Assembly (NCBI GenBank): GCA_963727625.1
Contig: CAVSHR010000012.1
Coordinates: 256,001 to 320,000 of the forward strand
Direction of reading: 5' to 3'
DNA: 64,000 nt
Source: an uncultured delta proteobacterium
GTDB lineage: Bacteria; Desulfobacterota; Binatia; UBA9968
In this document: one piece after another, positions 12,064 to 22,690 of the stretch
How positions within the stretch are numbered: the first letter of the stretch is position 1
How the letters are laid out: each line of letters begins with the position of its first letter
Notes under the pieces: generated by a model
Database searches by the model: none
Told to the model about the DNA's origin: nothing
Seen by the model: the letters and a program-made list of their open reading frames with translations, nothing else
Made by a program: the position numbers and the translations under genes

Positions 12064-12070
12064 TTTTCAT

Positions 12071-13758
12071 TCAGGTTTGATTACGCCCAAGAATTGTTAG
12101 AGCCGCCAGAATGTAACTTGGAGCGGCTTCGGCTTGTAACCCGGAGGTTTCCAGCAGTGCAGCCAGTTCCTGGGCGAAGCGCCCTTTCGAAGTCCTCGTG
12201 TTAAGGAACGCAGCAAGGAACACGTCGGCTTTCTTGTCGTCCGAATCTAGCCCACCGACAGCTTCTTTTAGGGCTTTTCCATTAATTGGATGCATAATCT
12301 CAAAAGCTTCGAGATCAGCGGTAGAATACCAGCAGAACGCGCGAGTTCATGTTCAAAGGTGATCTCTGAATACTCTACCCGCAGGTTGGGAATATCCGCT
12401 TCCTTCGCCTTCAGTCCGGTGGCGGCAGCTGAAGGTGAATCACCAATCTTAGCGGCATCACCGTCAGTCAAAATCGCTACAGGGAAGCCTAGCCGTTTCT
12501 CTCCGAACAGGGGCAAGAAGGCGTTAAAGTTAAGTCCATCGGCGTTGAGCACGGTGACCGCTGATTCTTTGAGGGACCCGCCCGCGAGCTTTGCAAAAAC
12601 TGGTAGAAGAAGGGCTTCGGCGATGCCTTCGACCATAAGTATTCTACGGGCGAAGAAAAGCTCTCCACGGGTAGCGTCGAGAAACCGCTGGAGCTTCTTC
12701 TTTAGATCCCCTTCCATCTCGATGGTGCAAACCGATACAGCGCTCACCTTGCCATCGCGCTCGTGAACCGAAACCATCGAGTCAATCGGTGCTTGGCTCG
12801 CTAAGATCGGGGAGTGACTGCTCGCTATCACCTGAACTTCATTGCCCCCCTCTTCTGCAGCGACGTTCGCCAAGTGGCGCAGGAGAAGCACTTGAAGCTG
12901 GGGATGAAGGTGGGCTTCGGGTTCCTCGACGAGGATCGAACGAAATGAAAACTGAGCGCTTCGCCGCAAGGTTCCAAGAGTAGCGGCGGTGAACACTAGA
13001 TTGTTGTAACCGAGACCGTTGAGCGAGAACGGGAGCCCTTCGATTTCAGGCTGAAGTCCCGCGATGATTCGGTAAAAGGTGGGATCGCTGAAGATCAGTT
13101 CCGTCTCCTGGGCAAGCTCTTCGCCGGCGATTGAGGCCATCTGAGCGTTGATGTCCTTCCTCGCATCGACGACGGGTTTCAGTTCTCGAATCTTGTCGTT
13201 AGCATCCTTCGCAATAGCTTCGAATTGCCCTTGTTCGGCCTCGTCCGTGAGGCAGTCAACGAGGCGTGATACTTGGGAATGCCTACCGGGCCGAAGGCCG
13301 CTTTCTGGATCTCTGAGAGGCTGGAGATAGATTGACGCAAAGCGGTCATAGAGCTTTGAAGGTATAGTGCCGCTCTCCGTCTCGCCTCCCCACATTTTGA
13401 CATTCGGCCTACGCGTGGTTTTATTGAATTCGACGCGCGCATTCAGCCGCATCTCGAACTTACCTTCTCCAATATCGACGAGACACTCTTGAAAATAAAC
13501 TTCGTCTTCGTCAGTGAGGTGACAAAAAGCGCATGAGATTTCGATTGGCGCGTAATCCGTGCCGTTCCTGAAATCGTCTTCGTTGAGGCGAAGAGCATCG
13601 AAGTCGCGGCTCGAAAAGAGCATGAGACGCAACGCGTCGATGATCGCTGTTTTTCCTGAGTTGTTCTCTCCAACCAGTACGCAGAGTCCGCGCGGGAGAC
13701 TGACAGTAAGGTTTTCGATCTTCCGAAAATTTCGAATCTGGAGTTCTCGCAGTTGCAT
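12071..13758 (-). CDS. gajA: OLD-family ABC-ATPase/TOPRIM endonuclease, GajA-like, frameshift near 12290
   Basis: GENNSGKT, VEEPEAHLHPQLQ, SSHSP, TOPRIM MVEGIAE and DGD. Confidence 0.85.
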
Positions 13759-13776
13759 AGGGACTGGCCATCCGAA

Positions 13777-15100
13777 TTAAGTTGAATAGGAGGGCACGTG
13801 CTTCGTCACGTCTATGTCACGAATCCGAATCTGTGCCGTCATCAACTGGTGGAGCAGGGTCCGGAAAAGGTCGAGTAAGTGTTTCCCGTTTTTCTTCGAG
13901 GATCTGAAGCTTTCGCCCGACAAGATGAAGATAGTGAAGAATCTCTTCTTGCTCATCCAAGCGAGGCAAAGGGAGCAGCACTCGTTTCAAGGTACCTGAG
14001 TTAATGTTGAACTTTCCGTCGGCGGTGCGAATGGCCTGACCCGCTAAGAAACTACGGCCGCGTTCAGTCCCTGCATATTCATTCACAAATTCAGGGAGCA
14101 CTTTCGATAAATCAACGCGAACCCGGATAAGATAGGACGCGAAATAGCACTCCTCAAGTTCCCTACGGAAAAGCGCGCATCGTCCCGCGTTTTCCAGCAC
14201 GCCATTAGTTCGGACGAAAAGCAAATCACCGTCGCGCAGCCGCAGCGCCTCCAACTCCGTTCGTTTTGGTAGACCGTGCTTGAGGTCTCGGAGATCAATC
14301 GACCCACCCACAACATTCGGAATGCGGAGCACTGGGAACCCGGCTTTACCTCGCTCGCATTTCACGGAGGTGCCGTAGTCAAACGATAGAGATGTATTCT
14401 CCAGCGTGGCAACCTCCCAACTCTCCGGCACGGGGCCGATTTCGGTTTGTTTTTGGGGTTCGCCGCGGAGGCCTTCGGTGAAGAGTTTGTGGAGAAGCGC
14501 CTTTTTCAGTTCCGTGGTCAGCGCGATCAGCCGCTCCTGCTGCTCGATCGCCCGCTGCACCAGCCCCAACACCGCCGCAATCTTTCGCTGCTCACCAGAG
14601 AGGTGGAAAGGCAGTATTGAACTCGCGTAAACTGACCCACGATTGCGGGGATGTTGCACGCCGGATGTCGTCGCTTTTGCGTGGACCGTGAATCGTCCGA
14701 TATGCGTCAGAACACATATGAACTGGCTGAGAAAGTGCGGACATCTCGCGCTTCGCGCGAACACTAAGAGATCCGTTGAGGCAGAACACGGACGTCCGCG
14801 ATCTACGATCACGGATTTACGTCGGTAAGACGAAGATTGAGCGAAGAGCGATATCACCGCCGCAAAACGATGTCTTCCCGACCTGTGCCGGGCACTCGCG
14901 AACGGACTGTCGCCAGTCCCACCAGACGTCGGTCAGTCGGAATTCGAAGTACAAGCCGAGATCGTGACCCTCGCTCATCCGTTGAAGCGCGTAGGCCGCA
15001 TCGTGGACTCGCAGATACAAACGTCAGCGGAGCGAGCTTGCAGTCCAGTCGTGAGCGTGCCGATCTAACCGTTTCAACCAAAGTCAGTTCATTATACCGC
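13777..15100 (-). pseudogene. hsdS: Type I RM specificity subunit S; N-terminal TRD garbled or frameshifted
   Basis: EQRKIAAVL...ELKKALLHKLFTEG, QTEIGPVPESWEV, GDLLFVRTNG, LPLPRLDEQEEI; 5' boundary approximate. Confidence 0.82.
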
Positions 15101-15163
15101 AAGTTGAGTGCAAGCATTTCTTCGAGCATAGCGTCGGTTCGCTTTCGATACTTCGTCTTCAAG

Positions 15164-16654
15164 TCATCCAACTCCTCGACAATTTCCAGCAATCGGCCGG
15201 TATTCGTCTGCTTCACCCGTGTGGATATAGCGACTCGGCGAAATGTTGAAGTCGTTCTTGGCGATCTCTTCGCGCGTGACGATGCGGCTGAATTTTTCTT
15301 CTTCGCGCCAAGATTTGAAAGTCTCGGCGATGCGGAGGATCGCGTCGTCGGGTAGATAGTTTTTCGGGTCGCCTTTGGCGAATTCGCGACTGGCATTGAT
15401 CAGAAAGAGTTTGCCTTTGCGGTCGTCCGGCTTGGCGTTATTTAAAAAGAGGATGATGCCCGGCGCGGTGGTGTTGTAGAAGAGATTTTCCGGCAGGTAG
15501 ATGACGCCTTCGATCAGGTCTTGCTCGACGAACCATTTGCGCACGTCTTTTTCTTTGTTGGTGTTGGCGTTGCCGGAGCCGCGGGAGGCGGCGCCGGTGT
15601 CGAGGACGACGGCGGCGCGGCCTGAATCATTCAGACTCGCGAGCATGATTTGCGCCCAGCCCCAGTCGGCTTTGCGGCCGGGAAATCCGGCGCCTTTGGG
15701 GAAGCGGTCCAGCTCGTCGTTGTCGTAGTCGGTTTCCTTCCACCAGTCCTGGTTCCACATCGGATTGGCGATCACGCGGTCGAAGGTCTGGAGGCGATTG
15801 GCTTTGCGGAACTTGGGATTTTTGAAGCTGTCGCCGATCTCGATCTGGCCCTGCATGTCGTGGATGATCATGTTCATGTTGGCCATGGCCCAGGTTTCCG
15901 GCGTGTACTCCTGGCCGTAGAGCTGGAGCGGCGCGTAGGTTTTGCGCGAGCGAAGATTCATCTTCTCTTCGAGCGCCAACTGGCACTTGATGAGCAGTCC
16001 CGCCGAACCGCAGCAGGGATCGTAAACGGTCATCCCCGGCTCGGGGTCGAGGATGTGCGCCATGACCATGCCGACTTCCTTGGGCGTGTAGAATTCCCCG
16101 GCGCTCGACACGCTGCCCTCGGCGAACTTGCGGATGAGATACTCGTACGAGCGACCGATGATGTCCGCCTCGACGTCGTTCAGCCCCAAACGCTTCTCGC
16201 TGATGCGCTCGATCAAATTCGATAGCCGATCGTCGTCGAGATCGCGCACACCGTGGGTGGTGGCGTTGAAATCGACCCGGTCGATGATTCCTTTGAGCAA
16301 AGAATTCTCATCGGCGATGTCGCGCAGCAGGGTCGTCAATTGCTCGCCGATCTTATCGGCCAGCTTGCGAATCACCGACCAGACGGAATCGTCGGGATTC
16401 TTCGGCTCCAAGGGCAGGAAGAAGCGAACCAGCTTCTTGTCGTGCTTAACGAGCTTAAAAGCCTTGGCCCGCGAGCCGACTTCCTTGGCGATGCGGTTCA
16501 ACTCATCGTCGAACACATCGCAGAGCCGCTTGGCGAAGATCAGCGGCAGGATATATTCCTTGTACTTCGGCGCGTCCTTGGCGCCGCGGATCGAACAGGC
16601 CGCATCCCAGATCCACGATTCGAGAGATTTATCGCCGTTGCCGTTAATAGCCAT
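15164..16654 (-). CDS. hsdM: Type I RM N6-adenine methyltransferase subunit M
   Basis: GEFYTP, YDPCCGSAG, ANPMW motif IV, NISPSRYI; 3' end frameshifted. Confidence 0.95.
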   Translation of the reverse strand: MAINGNGDKSLESWIWDAACSIRGAKDAPKYKEYILPLIFAKRLCDVFDDELNRIAKEVGSRAKAFKLVKHDKKLVRFFLPLEPKNPDDSVWSVIRKLADKIGEQLTTLLRDIADENSLLKGIIDRVDFNATTHGVRDLDDDRLSNLIERISEKRLGLNDVEADIIGRSYEYLIRKFAEGSVSSAGEFYTPKEVGMVMAHILDPEPGMTVYDPCCGSAGLLIKCQLALEEKMNLRSRKTYAPLQLYGQEYTPETWAMANMNMIIHDMQGQIEIGDSFKNPKFRKANRLQTFDRVIANPMWNQDWWKETDYDNDELDRFPKGAGFPGRKADWGWAQIMLASLNDSGRAAVVLDTGAASRGSGNANTNKEKDVRKWFVEQDLIEGVIYLPENLFYNTTAPGIILFLNNAKPDDRKGKLFLINASREFAKGDPKNYLPDDAILRIAETFKSWREEEKFSRIVTREEIAKNDFNISPSRYIHTGEADEYRPIAGNCRGVG

Positions 16655-16740
16655 GAATTGCCGCCAATTCTACTCAATTTAACGGCGGGGTGCCAAGAGA
16701 GAAGTCCGGAAAGAATGAAGAGGTTCGATGACCGAACCGC

Positions 16741-17307
16741 TCATTTGATATGCCGCAACGCGGCATCGAATTCATCCACGTCGAACTCCTCCGGGTCGAA
16801 TTCGCCGCCGATCCAGTCGAGATATTCATCGTGTTCCTCATGGTCGGGATCGCGGATCGCCGCCAGAAAGTTTTCGTAACCGCCGGTGCCGCCGCAATCC
16901 TCCGGCGGGCAGGCGCGGGCGCCGCCGATGCAGCGCGGATATCGGACACCGGCCTCGGGCGACAAAATTTTCTCGAGCAAGATCCCGTGCTCCCAGCCGT
17001 CGCCGAAGTCGTATTCGTAAACGATCTTTCGTTTCGGACTCGACAGAACCTGGCTGAGCCGGGCTTTTTTTTCGTCTTTGAGGTCAACGCCCAAGAAATC
17101 GTCCTTGCTCGGGACGCCGTAATAGGTTTTGCCGACGATAAACTGATGCAGATGGGAATCATACCAGCCCATGGCCACCTGGATGATTTCGTGCAGCTTG
17201 GCGAGGGTGACATCGCCGCTGACTTGTATCCGGCGCCAAATGGGAGGCCGCGTGTATCTCAGTGAAATCTTGAGCTGATAAATCTCCTGCGAATGGACGC
17301 GTTTCAT
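16741..17307 (-). CDS. Plasmid pRiA4b ORF-3 family protein
   Basis: IWRRIQV..TLAKLH.IIQ.AMGW.DSHLH.F, YEYDFGDGWEH, ACPPEDCGG. Confidence 0.92.
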   Translation of the reverse strand: MKRVHSQEIYQLKISLRYTRPPIWRRIQVSGDVTLAKLHEIIQVAMGWYDSHLHQFIVGKTYYGVPSKDDFLGVDLKDEKKARLSQVLSSPKRKIVYEYDFGDGWEHGILLEKILSPEAGVRYPRCIGGARACPPEDCGGTGGYENFLAAIRDPDHEEHDEYLDWIGGEFDPEEFDVDEFDAALRHIK

Positions 17308-17461
17308 GATGTTACTGTCCGCCTTTCGTTTAAAATCAAAATTGTTTTCTTTAGGAGTCCACGGCTCTGCATCGTCGAAACAAATCTCGCAGGATGCCGC
17401 GGGACAAACAACATCACGGCGTCCATTGAGGTCTCGATTACAACGACACCGGTCGCGCTGA

Positions 17462-17650
17462 TCAGAGTCGCCTTAAACTGAGCCGTTTCCCCCCGGGCGG
17501 AGTCGCGGGCTCGATCTCGTACTCGGCGAGCCATTCGATCATGGCCTGACGCAGGCGCCCGTCCCGGAACCCAAACCAACGCTCGCGTTCCGCTGGATGT
17601 TTGGAAAGGACGTCTTTGAAGCGGCAAAACGCGGCGCGGTCAAGATCGGA
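17462..17650 (-). pseudogene. C-terminal fragment of a UPF0158-family protein
   Basis: AFCRFKDVL..HP.ERERWF.FRD.RL...MIEWL; no N-terminal half before the ATPase stop. Confidence 0.55.
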
Positions 17651-17655
17651 TTGAG

Positions 17656-20121
17656 TTATTCGCGGGTCGGCGTTTCCTGGATCAACAACCCCGCCCGCCG
17701 CGTGTCGAAGATCCGGTACGCCGCCAGCTTGACGCGATCGTTTACGAAGAACCACGCCAGGGCATAGCCCCACACCCCCAATGCCCAGCCCCAGCCGATC
17801 GCCGGCATCAAGATTCCGTACACCGCCAGAAGCGTGGCGACAAGCTGGGTTCCCATCACCGCAGCGAGCAGAACCCGCGCCGGGCGTGTTGACCAAAAAG
17901 GACCGCGGGTTCGAGTCACAAAAATCGTCAAATGGCCGGCCACGGAGAGCTTCAAGTACATCAACGATTGGATGGTATCACGGTCGAAATGAAAAACCCG
18001 CTCGCCCAGGTAAAATAAACCGAACGAAGCGAGCACTCCGGCGACGCCGAGCACGGTCGCGATTCCCAGCACCACCGGCATGTTCCAGGCTTCGGGCGCG
18101 TTCGAGTAACGCACCTGATCATAAGCGATGGATAGGATTGCGCCGTCGTTGAGCAACGCCAGCAAAACGATCATCACCGCGGTTACCGGATAAAAGTCGA
18201 ACACCAGGATGGATAGGGTCATGAACAACAACACGCGGATCGTTTCGGCGATACGATAGATCGCGTAGCTGTTCATGCGCTGGAAGATTTTGCGGCTTTC
18301 CTTGATCGCGTCGATGATGACCGACAGGCCGGGCGTCAATAGGACGATATCCGCCGCCGCGCGGGCCGCGTCGGTGGCTCCGGATACGGCGATGCCGCAA
18401 TCGGCCTTTTTTAGCGCCGGCGCGTCGTTGACCCCGTCGCCGGTCATGCCGACGATATGGTCACCTTGCTGCAGAACGTCAACAATGTGGAATTTGTGCT
18501 CGGGAAAGACCTGGGCAAAGCCGTCCGCTTTCTCGATGGATTGCGCCAGCTGCGCAGTCTCATGATGACGAGTATCAGCGAAACCGCCGGCGTCTAAAAT
18601 GTTAGCGCCCATTCCCAGTTGATCGGCGATTTCTTTGCCGATGGCCAGTTGATCACCTGTGACCATCTTCACCTTCACTCCCATCTGCCGCGCCATGGCG
18701 ATGGTCGCTTTGGAATCCTCCCGCGGAGGGTCGAAGAGCGGCAAGATCCCGAGAAATTGCCATTGTCCTTGGTCGTCGGTGCGCGCAACCCCCAACGACC
18801 GAAAGCCGCGCGCCGCAAAGTCCTCGATCGCTTTGTCAACGGCAGCGCTGGTCTCGGCAGCATTCGCGGCCAACGCTTGAATCACCTGAGGCGCGCCTTT
18901 CGTGACCTTGAACTTCTTGCCGTCCCGGCTCTCGACTGCGGCTTCGGTGCGCTTGTGAACCGGATCAAACGGTTGAAAATGAATGACGCGATAGCCCTGT
19001 AAGCTTTGATCATCTCGGACGCCGCCAAGAACCGCCAGGTCGATGGTGTCCTGACTTTCGGCGCGGGACGCCAACGCAGCGGCGAGGATGATTTCTTCAC
19101 CGCTGACGCCGTCCACGACGAAAGGCTCTCCCAGGGTGAGCTTGTTTTGCGTCAACGTGCCGGTCTTGTCCGAGCACAGGACGTCCATGCCGGCGAGCTC
19201 CTCGATGGACGCCAGCCGGCTGACAATGGCCTGCTTTGCGGCCAGCAGCCGGGCTCCGACCGCCATTGTCACCGATAGCACTGTCGGCATCGCCACCGGG
19301 ATCGCCGCCACCGTCAGCACGAGCGCGAATTGCAGGGTGGTCGCCATGGGGTCGCCGCGGAACAGCGCGACGGCGAGGATTAACACCACCAGCGCCACCG
19401 CCAAGACGATCAAGTAGTCGCCGATTTTCAACACGGCGCGCTGGAAATGACTGACGGTGTGCGCCTGCTCGACCAGCTGCGCGGTCTTGCCGAAGTAGGT
19501 ATTCTGACCCGTGCCGTAAACCAACCCGTCAATTTCGCCCTGGCGAATAATCGATCCCGAATAAGCCGTTTCGCCGCTCTTTCGCGCGACGGGCAGAGAC
19601 TCGCCCGTCAACGCGGACTGATCCACCTCCACCGGATCGCCTTCCAACAAGCGCGCGTCCGCCGGGACGATGTCACCGAGCCGTATGTGAACGAGGTCCC
19701 CAGGCACAATCTCGCGGGCCGGGACGATCATCCACTTGCCGTCGCGCTTCACCCGCGCTTGTAATGCGAGCTTGGCTTTCAGCGCCGCGATCGCATTGCC
19801 GGCTTGAAATTCCTCCCAAAATCCGACGATCGCGTTGGCCACAAGCAGCATGAGGATGATAAAGAAATCGGCCCAGTGACGCACCAATGCCGAGAGAATC
19901 ACTGCCGCTTCAATCATCCAGGGAATCGGACCCCAGAAGTAGAGCAGGAACTTGAGAACAGAGTTGACTTTTTCTTCGGTAATTTCATTCGGGCCGTATT
20001 TTTGCAGGCGGGTTTGCGACTCCGTCGAGCTCAGCCCGTTTGGACTGGACGCGAGCGTCTTGAACAACTCAGGGAGTGAAACTTCCTTCGCTTCTTCCGC
20101 GGCCAATGGTGCGGCCTTCAT
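17656..20121 (-). CDS. Plasma-membrane proton-efflux P-type ATPase (P3A-like)
   Basis: TGES, IPVAMP, DKTGTLT, KGAPQVI, TGDGVNDAPALKKAD, LLNDG. Confidence 0.93.
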   Translation of the reverse strand: MKAAPLAAEEAKEVSLPELFKTLASSPNGLSSTESQTRLQKYGPNEITEEKVNSVLKFLLYFWGPIPWMIEAAVILSALVRHWADFFIILMLLVANAIVGFWEEFQAGNAIAALKAKLALQARVKRDGKWMIVPAREIVPGDLVHIRLGDIVPADARLLEGDPVEVDQSALTGESLPVARKSGETAYSGSIIRQGEIDGLVYGTGQNTYFGKTAQLVEQAHTVSHFQRAVLKIGDYLIVLAVALVVLILAVALFRGDPMATTLQFALVLTVAAIPVAMPTVLSVTMAVGARLLAAKQAIVSRLASIEELAGMDVLCSDKTGTLTQNKLTLGEPFVVDGVSGEEIILAAALASRAESQDTIDLAVLGGVRDDQSLQGYRVIHFQPFDPVHKRTEAAVESRDGKKFKVTKGAPQVIQALAANAAETSAAVDKAIEDFAARGFRSLGVARTDDQGQWQFLGILPLFDPPREDSKATIAMARQMGVKVKMVTGDQLAIGKEIADQLGMGANILDAGGFADTRHHETAQLAQSIEKADGFAQVFPEHKFHIVDVLQQGDHIVGMTGDGVNDAPALKKADCGIAVSGATDAARAAADIVLLTPGLSVIIDAIKESRKIFQRMNSYAIYRIAETIRVLLFMTLSILVFDFYPVTAVMIVLLALLNDGAILSIAYDQVRYSNAPEAWNMPVVLGIATVLGVAGVLASFGLFYLGERVFHFDRDTIQSLMYLKLSVAGHLTIFVTRTRGPFWSTRPARVLLAAVMGTQLVATLLAVYGILMPAIGWGWALGVWGYALAWFFVNDRVKLAAYRIFDTRRAGLLIQETPTRE

Positions 20122-20137
20122 TTTTTAAGCCCCCCAT

Positions 20138-21520
20138 TCACCACTCAAACGCCTCGTTAAACTTCGGCATCTCGACCTGTGTGTTATGGAGAAGCGCCGC
20201 AAAGCGCTGCATGACCGCTTCGTCGCCATGCACGAGAAAAGTGCGGCTGGCATGGGTTTGGCCGTGCCAGTCGAGCAGTTCGGCCTGGTCCGCGTGGGCG
20301 GAAAATCCGCCTATGGTATGGATGCTGGCGCGGACCGGGATCTCTGCACCGAAGAGGCGCACCTGCTTTGCGCCATCAACGATATGGCGCGCCAGGGTGC
20401 CATTGGCGGCATAGCCCACGAAAATAACGCTGGCCTGCTTGCGCCCGAGATTATTTTTGAGATGGTGCCGAATACGACCGCCGGTGCACATGCCGGATCC
20501 GGCCATGATAATGGCTCCGCCGGTGATGCGGTTGATGGCGATCGATTCGGCCGTCTCGCGAGTGAAATGAAGTGCCGGCAGGTGGAAAGGATCGTTTCCC
20601 TCTCGGAACATCTCCCTCGTCTCGCCTTTGTAACATTCCGGATGGTGTTCGAAAATTTGCGTGGCCGAAATCGCCATGGGAGAGTCGAGAAACACCGGAA
20701 GCGACTCCGGCAGGCGGCCTTGTTCCCTCCCCGCTCGCAGGAAATAAAGCAACTCCTGCGCGCGTTCCAGCGCAAAGGTCGGAATGATGACGTTACCGTC
20801 GCGCCGGAAAGTAGCCGTCACCACCTCATAGAGTTCCTCCACTGAGGCCGGCAGGGACTTGTGCTTCCGGTCCCCATAAGTGGTTTCCATCACCACTGAA
20901 TCCGCCTTTGCCGCGACGGGGACGCGGAGCAGCGGTCGCCCAGCGTTGCCGAGATCTCCGGAGAAGAGCACGCTGCGGCGGGCCGCCTGTTCCTGAAGCT
21001 CGATTAGCACGCTCGCCGAGCCGAGGATATGGCCGGCATCCAGGAAAGTGACGCGCAGGCCGGCGGCAAGCTCCAAAGGCTCTCCGTAAACCGCAGTACG
21101 CCCAAAATACTCAAAGCTATTTAATGCGTCGAGCGTAGTGTAAAGCGGCGCATCTTCATGATCGGCATGACGCTTTTCTGACTTGCGTTGCCGATAGCGC
21201 GCTTCCTCCTCCTGCAGGTGCGCGGCATCCAACAGCACCAGACGGGCTAATTCCCGTGAGGCCGATGTGGTGACGATCTCCCCGTTAAATCCTCGCTGGA
21301 CCAATAGCGGCAAACGGCCGCAATGGTCCAGATGCGCGTGGGTGAGCAGGACATAATCAATGGCGGCGGGATCGAAGCCAAACGGTTCTGCGTTTTCCTC
21401 ATGGAGCTCCCGACCGCCTTGATACATTCCACAGTCGATCAAGATGCGGCGTCCAGCGCATTCGATCAGATGGCACGAGCCGGTAACGCCACGATCGGCG
21501 CCGTGAAATGACAACTTCAT
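20138..21520 (-). CDS. Metallo-beta-lactamase/beta-CASP ribonuclease
   Basis: THAHLDHCG, AGHILGS, SGDLG, FSAHAD, LVHG. Confidence 0.92.
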   Translation of the reverse strand: MKLSFHGADRGVTGSCHLIECAGRRILIDCGMYQGGRELHEENAEPFGFDPAAIDYVLLTHAHLDHCGRLPLLVQRGFNGEIVTTSASRELARLVLLDAAHLQEEEARYRQRKSEKRHADHEDAPLYTTLDALNSFEYFGRTAVYGEPLELAAGLRVTFLDAGHILGSASVLIELQEQAARRSVLFSGDLGNAGRPLLRVPVAAKADSVVMETTYGDRKHKSLPASVEELYEVVTATFRRDGNVIIPTFALERAQELLYFLRAGREQGRLPESLPVFLDSPMAISATQIFEHHPECYKGETREMFREGNDPFHLPALHFTRETAESIAINRITGGAIIMAGSGMCTGGRIRHHLKNNLGRKQASVIFVGYAANGTLARHIVDGAKQVRLFGAEIPVRASIHTIGGFSAHADQAELLDWHGQTHASRTFLVHGDEAVMQRFAALLHNTQVEMPKFNEAFEW

Positions 21521-22482
21521 CACAAACTCCTTGGTTGTAACGGCTCGCCGTTTATTTCGTGCCAATGCAGGATACCGTCCCAGATCTCCTGAGCGGTCTC
21601 GGCGAACCAGAACAGTTCCCGATCTTCCAGATCGATAACGCCTTCATCGACGAGAAAGTCCACGTTGAACGCGCGACGCCAGTACTGCTCGCCGACCAAT
21701 ACGACAGGAACCGGCTTGATCGTGCGGCTCTGCACCAACGTCAGGGTTTCGAAAAGCTCATCGAAGGTGCCGTAACCACCCGGAAAGGCGACCAGCGCCT
21801 TGGCGCGCAAAAGAAAATGCAGCTTCCGCAGCGCGAAGTAATGAAAGCGAAAACAAAGATCGGGGGTGATATAAGGGTTGGGATACTGTTCATGGGGCAG
21901 GCGAATATTAAGGCCGATGGATTTGACACCGACGTCATAGGCCCCGCGATTGGCAGCCTCCATGATTCCCGGGCCGCCCCCGGTCATGATGACAAGGTCG
22001 TAGTTGTGGCCGTCCGGCCCGCGGCTTCCCACCAAACGCCCGAATTGACGGGCTACATCGTAATAACAACTATTGGCGAGAAGACGCTCCGCCACTTCAA
22101 GGCGACGGGTCAGAATCGTATTGGTCGGGTCGGTCGCCAGAGCTGCGCGCAACGCCTCGATATCCCGCTGAACCGCCGCCCGCTCCCGAATGCGAGTGCC
22201 GCCGAAGACGACGATCGTGTGCCGGATGGAATGCTGCTCCATCAGGAGTTCGGGCTTGAGGTAATCGACCTGGAGGCGCAGGCCACGGAGATCGTCGCGG
22301 TTAAGGAAGTCGACGTCCTTGTCCGCCTCCCTATAGCTGGGGCTTTCCAGAATGGCTTTGATTCGCTGCTGTGCTTCCGGCTCCTCCTCGATCGGCTTCG
22401 GCCGCTGCCAAGGCAGCGGTTCGCGGCGCTGGGTTGGGTGCGGCGGCGTTGGAACTCGTGCTGGCGTCTGCTGTTTGGGCAT
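21520..22482 (-). CDS. LOG/TIGR00730 family Rossmann-fold protein
   Basis: TGGGPGIMEAANRGA, FPGGYGTFDELFE. Confidence 0.92.
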   Translation of the reverse strand: MPKQQTPARVPTPPHPTQRREPLPWQRPKPIEEEPEAQQRIKAILESPSYREADKDVDFLNRDDLRGLRLQVDYLKPELLMEQHSIRHTIVVFGGTRIRERAAVQRDIEALRAALATDPTNTILTRRLEVAERLLANSCYYDVARQFGRLVGSRGPDGHNYDLVIMTGGGPGIMEAANRGAYDVGVKSIGLNIRLPHEQYPNPYITPDLCFRFHYFALRKLHFLLRAKALVAFPGGYGTFDELFETLTLVQSRTIKPVPVVLVGEQYWRRAFNVDFLVDEGVIDLEDRELFWFAETAQEIWDGILHWHEINGEPLQPRSL

Positions 22483-22690
22483 ATCTTCCTCTCAACGATC
22501 TCGCTCTTGGCTTACTTACTCGGGCCGGTTCGATTCGACATTCGACTTATTCACGCCGTTTCCAATCGCGAATCTCCGGCAGATTTTCGCCGTGGCTGTG
22601 AGTGCAGGCTTTGTGATCGAGCAACTTGTCGCGCAGAAATTGCTTGCGCAGGCGGCATGGGACTTGTCCTTGACCCTCTTCTAATCATGA

